A DNA stretch of 64,000 nt, taken from Candidatus Saccharibacteria bacterium UBA3218 (GTDB lineage Bacteria > Patescibacteriota > Saccharimonadia > Saccharimonadales > Saccharimonadaceae). Location of the stretch: assembly GCA_002363125.1 (NCBI GenBank), contig DEWE01000009.1, positions 68,489 through 132,488 on the forward strand, written 5' to 3'. Positions 9,220-18,592 of this stretch are shown here, one piece after another (the first letter of the stretch is position 1; the number at the start of each line of letters is the position of its first letter). The notes below the pieces were generated by a model. The model did not search any database. It was not told the DNA's origin and saw nothing but the letters and a program-made list of their open reading frames with translations. A program made the position numbers and the translations under genes.

Positions 9220-9239
9220 TTGAAACCCTTTCGGCTTTT
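9220..9239. repeat. Left half of a ~32-bp sequence that occurs uninterrupted at 9946-9977
   Basis: ttgaaaccctttcggctttt matches ttgaaaccttttcggctttt at 9946-9965. Confidence 0.6.
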
Positions 9240-9275
9240 GAATTTCTTCATGGTTCACAAGTTTATAAGTATTAC

Positions 9276-9438
9276 CTCCACTTAGAAAGGACTCATTCGA
9301 AGGCATAGCAATCCCTCTAACCGGCGGGCCCCAATTGTGTGAGGTGGGTTACGCTCCGGGGTTCACCCGGTATAGTAGTGAAGCGTTAGAGGGCCAAAAT
9401 AGCCTCAGGTGATGCCCACCCTTACCTGAGGCTTTTTT
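9276..9438 (+). ncRNA. Candidate structured RNA of unknown class, ending in a strong intrinsic terminator
   Basis: GC-rich island in AT-rich spacer. Closing stem ccctctaac (9313-9321) / gttagaggg (9385-9393). Inner hairpin ccggg-gttca-cccgg. Terminal hairpin gcctcagg...cctgaggc followed by tttttt. 5' end and strand are not certain. Confidence 0.4.
9402..9438 (+). terminator. Rho-independent terminator; usable in both directions
   Basis: gcctcaggtgatgcccacccttacctgaggc followed by tttttt on the + strand. On the minus strand the same hairpin is followed by tatttt, just after the stop of the 9454-9888 ORF. Confidence 0.7.
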
Positions 9439-9453
9439 GATGTGAAAATCTTT

Positions 9454-9888
9454 TTAAAAAATATAAATGAAGCACAAAATCGCCAACGCCAATATTAGCA
9501 TTACGGCGCTTAGCACCTTAGCAACATATACCATGGTTTTGGTCGATGAGTTGGCGATAGATTTGTATTCTTTAGCCTTGCGCCAACTCTTAAGCATCAA
9601 TGAAAAGGAGCCTACGGCTACTGCTGATGGTATGATTAAAAGTATCAATAAATACATAATTTCCCAGCCAGACCAGGCCCCTTCGCACATTTTTTCTATG
9701 CAGTCATTTAGACTTTTATCGTTTAGCAAGAACAATTCTAGCGTCATCAAAAAGATAGAGAAAGATGAGGCAAATATAGAAATAAATGAAGAGATACGGA
9801 TGTTTATGTCTAACTTTTCCTGGATCTCTTTTTTATGCCATGTAGTTCTTGTTTTGCCTGTCTTTTTAGTATTTTTTCTTTCCTTCAT
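9454..9888 (-). CDS. Small hypothetical membrane protein (Lys-rich N-terminus, about 3 TM segments)
   Basis: 144 aa with clear hydrophobic segments and a positive-inside N-terminus. Fully overlapped by a + strand ORF (9467-9949) that looks less protein-like. Strand choice is uncertain. Confidence 0.4.
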   Translation of the reverse strand: MKERKNTKKTGKTRTTWHKKEIQEKLDINIRISSFISIFASSFSIFLMTLELFLLNDKSLNDCIEKMCEGAWSGWEIMYLLILLIIPSAVAVGSFSLMLKSWRKAKEYKSIANSSTKTMVYVAKVLSAVMLILALAILCFIYIF

Positions 9889-9945
9889 AAAATATATTAA
9901 CTTAACTAGTTTTATTATTAGTAGTATAGCAGAAGCTATATATTC

Positions 9946-9977
9946 TTGAAACCTTTTCGGCTTTTTTGACGTGAAAA
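9946..9977. repeat. Uninterrupted copy of the sequence that is split at 9220-9239 / 9430-9448
   Basis: ttgaaaccttttcggcttttttgacgtgaaaa equals the left half at 9220-9239 plus the right half ggcttttttgatgtgaaaa at 9430-9448. Confidence 0.6.
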
Positions 9978-10014
9978 AAATAACCTATTATTATGTTTAT
10001 GGTAAAATGATTAT

Positions 10015-10527
10015 ATGGGTAAGGAAATGCTTGAATACAATCAAAATCTAATGGATCAAGCTAAGCAGATGATTTCTGGCGGAAAATATAAGAAAAAAAC
10101 AACTAATCCTAAACCTAAGAGGAAAACTCCCGCAAAAGTTCAAATAAGGCAGAAATCTAAGCTATCTAAGCGAGCAGATTTTTTAATAACTTTAAGTGTA
10201 ATAATAGTAATGGCACATATTTTCTTGGGGTATTTGACTTATGAAACGGTTAAAACCCCGTCTGCCAATGGCCATGGTGGTTTTGCCGAGTTTCTAGCTT
10301 TTATCGTTGTGCCTATATTATTTTTGGCTTGGATTATAGAATCCTTCACTTTTATTACTTTCCTGTTGCTTTGCCGTAAGCAGGGAAAAAGCCCGAAAAC
10401 AGCTCTAAGGGTTGAGGCAAAAAATGAGAGAAAAGCCGCGGATATAGCCGTACTTATATCTTTTGTGTCGACAGTTGCATTTTGGGTTTTTTGGTGGATA
10501 GCACTAAATATAGCGTCGGCTAAATAG
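10015..10527 (+). CDS. Hypothetical membrane protein (Lys-rich N-terminus, 3-4 TM segments)
   Basis: 170 aa. TGgTAAAAT (10000-10008) lies 6 nt upstream of the ATG. TM segments include FLITLSVIIVMAHIFLGYL, FLAFIVVPILFLAWII, VLISFVSTVAFWVFWWIAL. Confidence 0.5.
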   Translation: MGKEMLEYNQNLMDQAKQMISGGKYKKKTTNPKPKRKTPAKVQIRQKSKLSKRADFLITLSVIIVMAHIFLGYLTYETVKTPSANGHGGFAEFLAFIVVPILFLAWIIESFTFITFLLLCRKQGKSPKTALRVEAKNERKAADIAVLISFVSTVAFWVFWWIALNIASAK

Positions 10528-10560
10528 CTTTGTGCTTGCATGATATGATATTATAGTATT

Positions 10561-12840
10561 ATGTCAAAAAACTTGGTGATAGTAGAGAGCCCGGCAAAAG
10601 CGCATACGATTGAAAAGTATCTTGGGTCAGATTTTAAAGTGCTCGCAAGTGTAGGGCACATTCGCAAGGATACAAAAGTAGATAAAAGTACTTTTGATGT
10701 GACTTACGAGATAGATCCTGGACACAAGTCTATTATTTCTGAGCTTAAAAAAGAGGTAAAATCGGCGAACAAGATTTGGTTAGCAACGGATGAGGACCGT
10801 GAAGGGGAGTCAATTTCTTGGCACTTATGCGAGGTGTTAAATTTACCAAAAAATACTGCAAGAATTACTTTTCATGAGATCACCAAGCCAGCACTAGAAA
10901 ATGCCATCAAAAATCCACGTACAGTAGATATGGATATGGTAGCAAGCCAGCAGGCACGGCAAACTTTGGATATGCTAGTGGGCTATGACTTGTCTGATAT
11001 AGTACGCAAAAAAGTACCTGGGGCAATCTCGGCAGGGCGCGTGCAAAGTCCGGCACTACGCTTGGTAGTGGAACGCGAAAAAGAAATTGAGAAGTTTGAG
11101 AGCAAGTTTAATTTCAAAATTACTGGTGAGTTTTCTAAATCTTCTGACGTTTTTTCTGCTAGTTTTGATGGTAAGGCACCAGAAAATGAAGAAGCTGCCT
11201 GTGAACTTCTGGGAAAATTATCGAAGGCTGAATTTAAAATTGAAGATATAGAAGAGGCTGAGGGAACCAAGACTAATCCTACTCCATTTACGACTGCAGC
11301 CTTGCAAATCGAAGCCAATAGTAAACTTGGATTCTCTTCGCGCACCACTATGAGTGCTGCGCAAGGATTATACCAGGCCGGCCTCATTACTTATCACCGA
11401 ACAGATTCGCTAAATTTATCTAGCCAAGCTATCGGCGCAATTTCTGGATATATTAAAGATAATTTTGGCGAAAAATATCTCAAAGTACGTTCGTTTAAGA
11501 CTAAGGATGCCAGCGCACAAGAAGCCCATGAAGCGATTCGCCCAACCAACATCGCGAATTTAAATGCTGGCAAAAATGATTACGAAAAGAAATTATATAA
11601 ATTAATCTGGGCGCGTACCATGGCTACCCAGATGGCCAATGCGAAAGTCGCAAAGACTACTATCAAAATTAGCAATGATTTTGTTGCCAAGGGCGAGGTA
11701 ATTGTATTTGATGGATTTTTGAAAGTTTATGGCAACGCTAAGGATTCAGAACTACCAAAAGTGAAAAAAGGTGACAAGCTAGATTGCTTGAAGATTGTTG
11801 CTCGGCAAACTTTTGCTAAACCACCAGCAAGATACACCGAAGGTTCGCTTGTAAAAAAGCTCGAGGAGCTGGGGATTGGGCGCCCTTCTACATACGCCTC
11901 TATCATGACCGCTATTCAGGCACGCGGATATGTAGTAAAAGGTGAAAGTGAAGGCGAAGAACGTGAAGTAGTAGAGATCGTAGCTGAAAAAGGCAAAATC
12001 TCTTCAACAAAGATAAAAGAGAAATTTGGCGCGAATAAGGGAAAATTGGTACCTACGCCTATTGGCGAGCTGGTGTCTGGATTTTTGACCGATAATTTCA
12101 AAAATATCGTGGATTATAAATTTACTGCGAATATTGAAAAGGATCTTGATTTAGTAGCGGACGCCAAACTGGAACGCGTAAAAATGCTGAAAGATTTTTA
12201 TGGACCATTCCACGATACGGTGCTTGTCGCAAACGGAGTAGAGCGCTACAATAACGCGCGTTTGCTCGGCCATCACCCAGAAACTGGGCAGCCGATTTAT
12301 GCTAAAGTTGGCAAAAATGGTGGATTTATCCAACTCGGAGACAACGAAAAGGAAGCTGGCGAGAAGCCACGTTTTGCGCCTTTGCCAAAAAGAAAATCCG
12401 TGAAGACTGTGAATTTGGATCAGGCCTTAAAACAATTAGATTTACCGGCTTTGCCACGTGTACTTGGCAAAGCTCCGGACGGGGAAGAATTAATTGCTAA
12501 TAGTGGGCCATTTGGACCATATCTAAAAGGTGGTAAATATAATATTCCGATGAAAGATTTTGATCCTTACACCGTGACGCTTGATGAGGCTCTGCCTTTG
12601 TATCAAGCAAAAGTTGATTCTATTATTGCCGACTGGGGCGAAATCATGATTATAAATGGAGCTTACGGGCCCTATATAAAAGGGCCAGGGCGCCGTAATA
12701 ATGTAAAAGTTCCAAAAGAGATTGATCCAAAAACTATCACCAAAAAGCAAGCAGAAGATATGCTCGCAAACAAGCCAAAAACCGCTAGGCGTGGTACGAG
12801 AGGCGGAGCGAAAAAGAAAACCGCTAAGAAAAAGAAATGA
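10561..12840 (+). CDS. topA: DNA topoisomerase I (type IA), without Cys4 zinc ribbons and with a Lys-rich tail
   Basis: 759 aa. Toprim LVIVESPAKAHTIEKYLG, TDEDREGE. Catalytic region GLITYHRTDS. C-terminus KKKTAKKKK. No CxxC pairs in the C-terminal half. Confidence 0.95.
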   Translation: MSKNLVIVESPAKAHTIEKYLGSDFKVLASVGHIRKDTKVDKSTFDVTYEIDPGHKSIISELKKEVKSANKIWLATDEDREGESISWHLCEVLNLPKNTARITFHEITKPALENAIKNPRTVDMDMVASQQARQTLDMLVGYDLSDIVRKKVPGAISAGRVQSPALRLVVEREKEIEKFESKFNFKITGEFSKSSDVFSASFDGKAPENEEAACELLGKLSKAEFKIEDIEEAEGTKTNPTPFTTAALQIEANSKLGFSSRTTMSAAQGLYQAGLITYHRTDSLNLSSQAIGAISGYIKDNFGEKYLKVRSFKTKDASAQEAHEAIRPTNIANLNAGKNDYEKKLYKLIWARTMATQMANAKVAKTTIKISNDFVAKGEVIVFDGFLKVYGNAKDSELPKVKKGDKLDCLKIVARQTFAKPPARYTEGSLVKKLEELGIGRPSTYASIMTAIQARGYVVKGESEGEEREVVEIVAEKGKISSTKIKEKFGANKGKLVPTPIGELVSGFLTDNFKNIVDYKFTANIEKDLDLVADAKLERVKMLKDFYGPFHDTVLVANGVERYNNARLLGHHPETGQPIYAKVGKNGGFIQLGDNEKEAGEKPRFAPLPKRKSVKTVNLDQALKQLDLPALPRVLGKAPDGEELIANSGPFGPYLKGGKYNIPMKDFDPYTVTLDEALPLYQAKVDSIIADWGEIMIINGAYGPYIKGPGRRNNVKVPKEIDPKTITKKQAEDMLANKPKTARRGTRGGAKKKTAKKKK

Positions 12841-12953
12841 TTTATTGATTAAAAATAAAAATGTTCTTCTAGAGTTTACTTTTTTGATAAACTATGTTAT
12901 AATTAAGGGTGGAGGCTGTCAGCTTTCGTATCTTATTATTGGAGGTTTTAGTT

Positions 12954-13217
12954 ATGTCAAAACAGTGGGATCCTTCTGACCCTAGCACGCATTGGGACAT
13001 TGAACGCCAGCTGCGCGCAATGCTTAATGGCACAAAGGTACGTTACTATAATGGCGTATTCGAAGGAAGCGTTGAAGATGTATATGTTCATTCGGATGGA
13101 ACTGCAGACGTGAACATGTTCGGACGTGACAATAATGATCCTAGTGGACATTATCATTTTCATCTCAGGCTTTACCCTGATGGAACGTTCCATATCGAGA
13201 ATTGCCACAGAAAGTAA
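12954..13217 (+). CDS. Small hypothetical protein (87 aa)
   Basis: ATG 12954 preceded by ggagg at 7-nt spacing. Upstream TTTACT-17-TATAAT. Followed by terminator 13227-13264. No family recognised. Confidence 0.5.
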   Translation: MSKQWDPSDPSTHWDIERQLRAMLNGTKVRYYNGVFEGSVEDVYVHSDGTADVNMFGRDNNDPSGHYHFHLRLYPDGTFHIENCHRK

Positions 13218-13226
13218 CAAAATACC

Positions 13227-13264
13227 AGCCCCCTTTGCCCTCGCTTTAAGCGGGGGCTCTTTTT
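13227..13264 (+). terminator. Rho-independent terminator
   Basis: Stem agccccc / gggggct followed by a T-run. Confidence 0.7.
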
Positions 13265-13336
13265 AGCTTTGATGTATAATTTATTGACAAATACGTAGGT
13301 TGGTTTCGAATTTAAAGATCGGAATCTTTAGTCTTA

Positions 13337-14686
<1,350 letters not shown>

Positions 14687-14721
14687 CTAATTATGTCATA
14701 CTTATGGCAAAAAATCAATGG

Positions 14722-14750
14722 TTGACAGCAAAAAAGTTATGCTTTATTAT
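14722..14750 (+). promoter_or_regulatory. Sigma-70-type promoter (TTGACA-17-TATTAT) driving the 14757-14907 RNA candidate
   Basis: ttgaca at 14722-14727, 17-nt spacer, tattat at 14745-14750. Confidence 0.55.
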
Positions 14751-14756
14751 AAAAAT

Positions 14757-14907
14757 AAGCTGATACGCTTCACAGGGGTTCCACTGATTACTTAGTGGAG
14801 TGTGGAGACTTACATTAAAAACAAAAACAGCGGATTAAAACAAACCAATGTGCCCCAGGGTGGGCGCGCATCAGCGCGGGAGAGACGACTTCAAGTCGTC
14901 TCTTTTT
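14757..14907 (+). ncRNA. Candidate ~150-nt structured sRNA of unknown class, with its own promoter and terminator
   Basis: 5' gctgatacgc pairs with gcgcatcagc (14873-14884). Hairpin ccact-gattactt-agtgg. Stem acatt/aatgt encloses an A-rich loop. Terminator gagagacgact-tca-agtcgtctc plus ttttt. No plausible ORF. The trmD promoter follows immediately. Confidence 0.5.
14879..14907 (+). terminator. Rho-independent terminator of the sRNA candidate
   Basis: ggagagacgacttcaagtcgtctc followed by ttttt. Confidence 0.75.
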
Positions 14908-14952
14908 GTTTCCCCTGGTGAATTAACAGGGGAAATGTGGTATAATAAGAAC

Positions 14953-15729
14953 ATGATTAAATTCACAATTATCACTTTGTTTAAGGAAGCTCTGGAGCCA
15001 TATCTCAAAACCTCCATGATGTGGAAGGCTACAGAAAAAGGTTTAGCGGAGTTTGATTTTGTGGATTTACGTGAATTTGGCTTAGGACCACATAAGTCCG
15101 TAGATGATACGCCGTACGGGGGCGGGGACGGGATGTTGCTCCGATGCGAGCCAGTTTTTGCTGCAATTGAGTCTGTAAAAGCTAAAGATCCAGATGCGAA
15201 AGTTATTTTACCTACCCCTGTAGGTAAAATCTGGAATCAAGAAATGGCTAGAGAGTTTGCGTTTTACTCGGGGCCGCGTCCGTCCGGCCCGTTTGCCTCC
15301 GGCAATTCGCTTCCCAAGGGGCGAGCGCCACGGGTGGACGACGTTATCTCTCGCGCTGCCGCGATCCGAAATAACCCGAGTCAAAATGCAAACTCTCACT
15401 ACATCATCTTGTGTCCTCACTACGAGGGATATGACGAGAGAATTTTGTCGATTGTAGATTATAAAATTTCGCTTGGAAAATATGTTTTAACAGGTGGGGA
15501 ATTACCCGCGCTTATTATTATCGATTCCGTTGTACGGCTAATACCTGGAGTGCTTGGTGGAGAAACTTCTGCCGAGATCGAGAGCTTTTCTGAAGGTGAC
15601 AACCTAGAATATCCTCAATATACCAAACCTTACGATTTTCGTGGGATGACGGTGCCAGATATTCTGCTCTCCGGCAATCACGGTGAAATAGCAAAGTGGC
15701 GCAAGGACCATAGTGGCAAAGCGTTGTGA
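14953..15729 (+). CDS. trmD: tRNA (guanine37-N1)-methyltransferase TrmD with a ~45-residue in-frame palindromic insert
   Basis: ORF 14848-15729. True start taken as ATG 14953 (MIKFTIITLFKEALEPYL). TGgTATAAT ends 6 nt upstream. Motifs DDTPYGGGDGM, CPHYEGYDERI, LTGGELPALIIIDSVVRLIPGVLG. Insert encodes FYSGPRPSGPFASGNSLPKGRAPRVDDVISRAAAIRNNPSQNA. Confidence 0.9.
   Translation: MIKFTIITLFKEALEPYLKTSMMWKATEKGLAEFDFVDLREFGLGPHKSVDDTPYGGGDGMLLRCEPVFAAIESVKAKDPDAKVILPTPVGKIWNQEMAREFAFYSGPRPSGPFASGNSLPKGRAPRVDDVISRAAAIRNNPSQNANSHYIILCPHYEGYDERILSIVDYKISLGKYVLTGGELPALIIIDSVVRLIPGVLGGETSAEIESFSEGDNLEYPQYTKPYDFRGMTVPDILLSGNHGEIAKWRKDHSGKAL
15251..15397. repeat. GC-rich palindromic mini-element, family 1, inside trmD (147 bp = 49 codons between outer arm ends)
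   Basis: Arms gagagtttgcgttttactcggg / cccgagtcaaaatgcaaactctc. The ~113-nt core is near-identical to the uvrC copy. Confidence 0.85.
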
Positions 15730-15761
15730 TATAATAAAAATAGTAATTATAAGGAGGCGAA

Positions 15762-15941
15762 ATGTTCGATAATAACGATGATGCTAATAAGCACGGAATG
15801 ATCGATCATAATGACATTCATAAAAATCTGATGAATCACCCAGATACAAAACACGAAGATATTCATGATCATGACAAAATACATGAAGCGATGCACCTTG
15901 GAAGTGACAATATAAGCAATCCAATGAACCCACATATTTAA
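15762..15941 (+). CDS. His/Asp/Asn-rich 59-aa protein (not in ORF track; below the 60-aa cutoff)
   Basis: aaggagg lies 5 nt upstream of ATG 15762. Manual translation: MFDNNDDANKHGMIDHNDIHKNLMNHPDTKHEDIHDHDKIHEAMHLGSDNISNPMNPHI. Stop TAA at 15939-15941. 11 His in 59 residues. Fills the trmD-recG gap exactly. Confidence 0.45.
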   Translation: MFDNNDDANKHGMIDHNDIHKNLMNHPDTKHEDIHDHDKIHEAMHLGSDNISNPMNPHI

Positions 15942-15943
15942 AT

Positions 15944-17959
15944 ATGAACTTATTCGATTCGGTAGAGACCTTGCAGGGGGTTGGGCCGAAAATGGCTGAA
16001 ATTTTTAAAAAAGCCGGCATCAAAACGGTAAGGGATTTTTTTTATAATCTGCCGAGAGATTATGAAAACTACGAAGCGCCCACTTCTATCTCTGAAATAA
16101 GGCCAGGTAAAGTCGTAATAAAAGGGAAAATTGATAGCATTTCTACGCGCCGGGCCAGAAGGCGAAATTTATCCGTGACCGAGGGTATAATTAGGGATAA
16201 TACAGGATCGGTAAAAGTAGTCTGGTTTAATCAAAATTACCGCGCAAAACAGTTCCAGCCAGAGAAAGAATACTACTTCACTGGCAATTTTGAACTCAGG
16301 AACGGCCGTTATAGCTTAGTTTCGCCATCGGCCGCCGAGGTAGCCGAGATTGACCCATCGGTAGGCCTTAGCCCTGTCTATGTGGCTCACGGAAGCCTAA
16401 AATCGCATGTTTTTAGACGTCTCGTGGCAAATTCGCGTAGTAAATTTAACGAAATCCCCGATCTGCTACCCACAGTGAAGCCAGGTACACGCAAAAATGC
16501 CTTATTTTTGGCACATTTTCCAAATTCTTTGAAATCTGTTAAGGGGGCGCGGGATTATTTGGCTTACGAAGAGTTATTTGAGTTAATTTTGGCGGCAAAA
16601 TTGAATCGCCAAGAGAATGAAAAGTTAAAAGCGGTGCAAATACCGTTTGATGCGGAAAAAATCAAAAAACTTGTCGGGAACTTGCCTTTCCGGCTAACTA
16701 ATGCACAAAGACTGGCTGCCTGGGAAATTTTTAAAAATATGGAGCAGGGCACCCCTATGAATAGGTTGCTCCAGGGAGATGTTGGCTCTGGTAAAACTAT
16801 GGTGGCGGCTCTAGCATCCTACGAGGCAATTTTGAATGGTTTCCAGGTGGCGTTTCTCGCACCAACGGCGATTTTGGCAAATCAACATTATGAAAGTCTA
16901 GTAAAAATTTTGAACAATTTTGGGGTAAAAATCGCTTTACTGACTGGGGCAACCAAGAAAAAAACCGAACTAAAACGAGATATTTCAGATGGGAAAATAG
17001 ATTTAATAATTGGCACACACGCATTGCTTACCGATGATACAGAATTTAAAAATCTGGCCTTAGTAGTAATTGACGAACAGCACCGTTTCGGCGTGGAGCA
17101 AAGGCAAAAGTTGCTTTTAAAGTCGCCAGATGGGCTAGCGCCACACCTTCTCGCGATGACGGCCACTCCTATACCAAGGTCATTACAGCTTACAATTTTC
17201 GGAGATTTAGATGTGTCAATTCTAAACGAGTTACCAAAAGGGCGTCAGCCAATTGCGACTAAGATTTTGTCGGAGATAGAAACCAAAAATTCATTATACC
17301 CAAAAATACGGGAAACGATAAATGCCGGTCAACAGGTGTATTGGGTATGCAAGGCTATAGATGACGATCCGCGCACAGAGACGATGTCGGTAAAATCGCG
17401 TACAGAAAAGCTAAAAGGAGTTTTTCCGAAGGCGAAAATTGAGTTTTTGCACGGAAGAATGAAACCAGCCGAAAAAGACGATATTATGGAGCGTTTTTCT
17501 AGTGGCAAAATTCAGATTTTGGTGTCTACTACGGTAATAGAAGTGGGTGTAGATGTGCCAAATGCAACTTTGATGGCGATCGAGAACGCTGAAAGTTATG
17601 GCCTAGCACAACTTCATCAGTTACGTGGTCGCGTAGGTAGAGGCAAACTAGCATCTTCTTGTTATCTTTTGACGACTGGCGACATGCGACCATCCAAACG
17701 ATTAATGGAGCTAGAAAAATCAACAGATGGGTTCTATTTGGCAGAAGTGGACTTGAAACTTCGTGGTCCGGGTGAAATTTATGGGGCTTTGCAACACGGT
17801 GCACTTGACCTTCGAATAGCATCGCTCTCCGACACAAGGTTAATCCACCGTGCGCAAGTAGACGTAATGAAGTTTTTGCAAAAACCTGAAAATATGTTAA
17901 AATATAAAGAACTAATGGTTGGTATTACTAAATATCAGCAAATCACAACACTAAATTAG
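15944..17959 (+). CDS. recG: ATP-dependent DNA helicase RecG
   Basis: 671 aa. Wedge/OB N-terminus. Walker A GDVGSGKT, DEQH box VIDEQHRFG, QLRGRVGRG. Confidence 0.95.
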   Translation: MNLFDSVETLQGVGPKMAEIFKKAGIKTVRDFFYNLPRDYENYEAPTSISEIRPGKVVIKGKIDSISTRRARRRNLSVTEGIIRDNTGSVKVVWFNQNYRAKQFQPEKEYYFTGNFELRNGRYSLVSPSAAEVAEIDPSVGLSPVYVAHGSLKSHVFRRLVANSRSKFNEIPDLLPTVKPGTRKNALFLAHFPNSLKSVKGARDYLAYEELFELILAAKLNRQENEKLKAVQIPFDAEKIKKLVGNLPFRLTNAQRLAAWEIFKNMEQGTPMNRLLQGDVGSGKTMVAALASYEAILNGFQVAFLAPTAILANQHYESLVKILNNFGVKIALLTGATKKKTELKRDISDGKIDLIIGTHALLTDDTEFKNLALVVIDEQHRFGVEQRQKLLLKSPDGLAPHLLAMTATPIPRSLQLTIFGDLDVSILNELPKGRQPIATKILSEIETKNSLYPKIRETINAGQQVYWVCKAIDDDPRTETMSVKSRTEKLKGVFPKAKIEFLHGRMKPAEKDDIMERFSSGKIQILVSTTVIEVGVDVPNATLMAIENAESYGLAQLHQLRGRVGRGKLASSCYLLTTGDMRPSKRLMELEKSTDGFYLAEVDLKLRGPGEIYGALQHGALDLRIASLSDTRLIHRAQVDVMKFLQKPENMLKYKELMVGITKYQQITTLN

Positions 17960-17960
17960 T

Positions 17961-18494
17961 ATGGAAAACATTAGAATCACATCTGGAGAATTTCGGGGAA
18001 GGAGTATAAAATCGCCTAGTTCTAAGCTGACTCACCCCATGGGTTCTAGGGAAAAGCTAGCGCTTTTTAATATGATTGCTGATTATTTACCTGGAGCCGT
18101 AGTTATGGATGCTTTTGCCGGATCCGGGGCGCTTGGTATCGAGGCCATTTCTAGAGGCGCAAAATCAGTGGTTTTTGTTGAAAAGGCAAATTCGGTAGTC
18201 AAAACCATCAAGGAAAATGTGGAAATTTTAGGGATAAATGATCATGCAGAAATTATCACAGGTGATATTTCCGATCTAAAAATAGAGAGAGAATTTGACA
18301 TCATTATAGCGGATCCGCCATATGATAAGTTTGATTCTTTTAACCTAACAAAATTAGCTGACTGGCTTAAAAAAGATGGGATTTTTGTTTTGTCTCACCC
18401 TGGCGAGGCACCAAAAATAGATGGCTTAGCGCTTCAGAAGACACGTAAATATGCCGGGGCACAGATTAGTGTCTACAAAAATACCCTTGTCTAG
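17961..18494 (+). CDS. rsmD: 16S rRNA (guanine966-N2)-methyltransferase RsmD
   Basis: 177 aa. FAGSGALGIEAISRGA SAM motif and ADPPY. Confidence 0.85.
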   Translation: MENIRITSGEFRGRSIKSPSSKLTHPMGSREKLALFNMIADYLPGAVVMDAFAGSGALGIEAISRGAKSVVFVEKANSVVKTIKENVEILGINDHAEIITGDISDLKIEREFDIIIADPPYDKFDSFNLTKLADWLKKDGIFVLSHPGEAPKIDGLALQKTRKYAGAQISVYKNTLV

Positions 18495-18592
18495 TTGACT
18501 AAAACAGATAAGTATTGCATGATAGCATCTGAGGATCAATTTGCTTCAAAACCTTAGACCTTAGGTTTATTAGACCAAACAGGGAAAAGGCT

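Noticed and set aside
9276-9438. Assigning the structured RNA candidates (9276-9438 and 14757-14907) to SRP RNA, 6S RNA, tmRNA or RNase P RNA
   Set aside because: I could not find the diagnostic motifs by eye. These are the SRP domain IV GGAA/AGCA loop context, the tmRNA tRNA-like ends with CCA, and RNase P GGAAAGUCC / ACAGAA.CCGGCUUA. The class is left open for a covariance-model search.
9467-9949. 160-aa plus-strand ORF overlapping the 9454-9888 minus-strand ORF
   Set aside because: The translation lacks coherent TM or domain character, whereas the minus-strand product has clear TM helices and a positive-inside N-terminus. This is not fully excluded, so the locus is given low confidence.
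14848-14952. N-terminal 35-codon extension of trmD in the ORF track
   Set aside because: The extension runs through a terminator hairpin and the TGgTATAAT promoter. The canonical TrmD N-terminus (MIKFTIITLF) starts at 14953.
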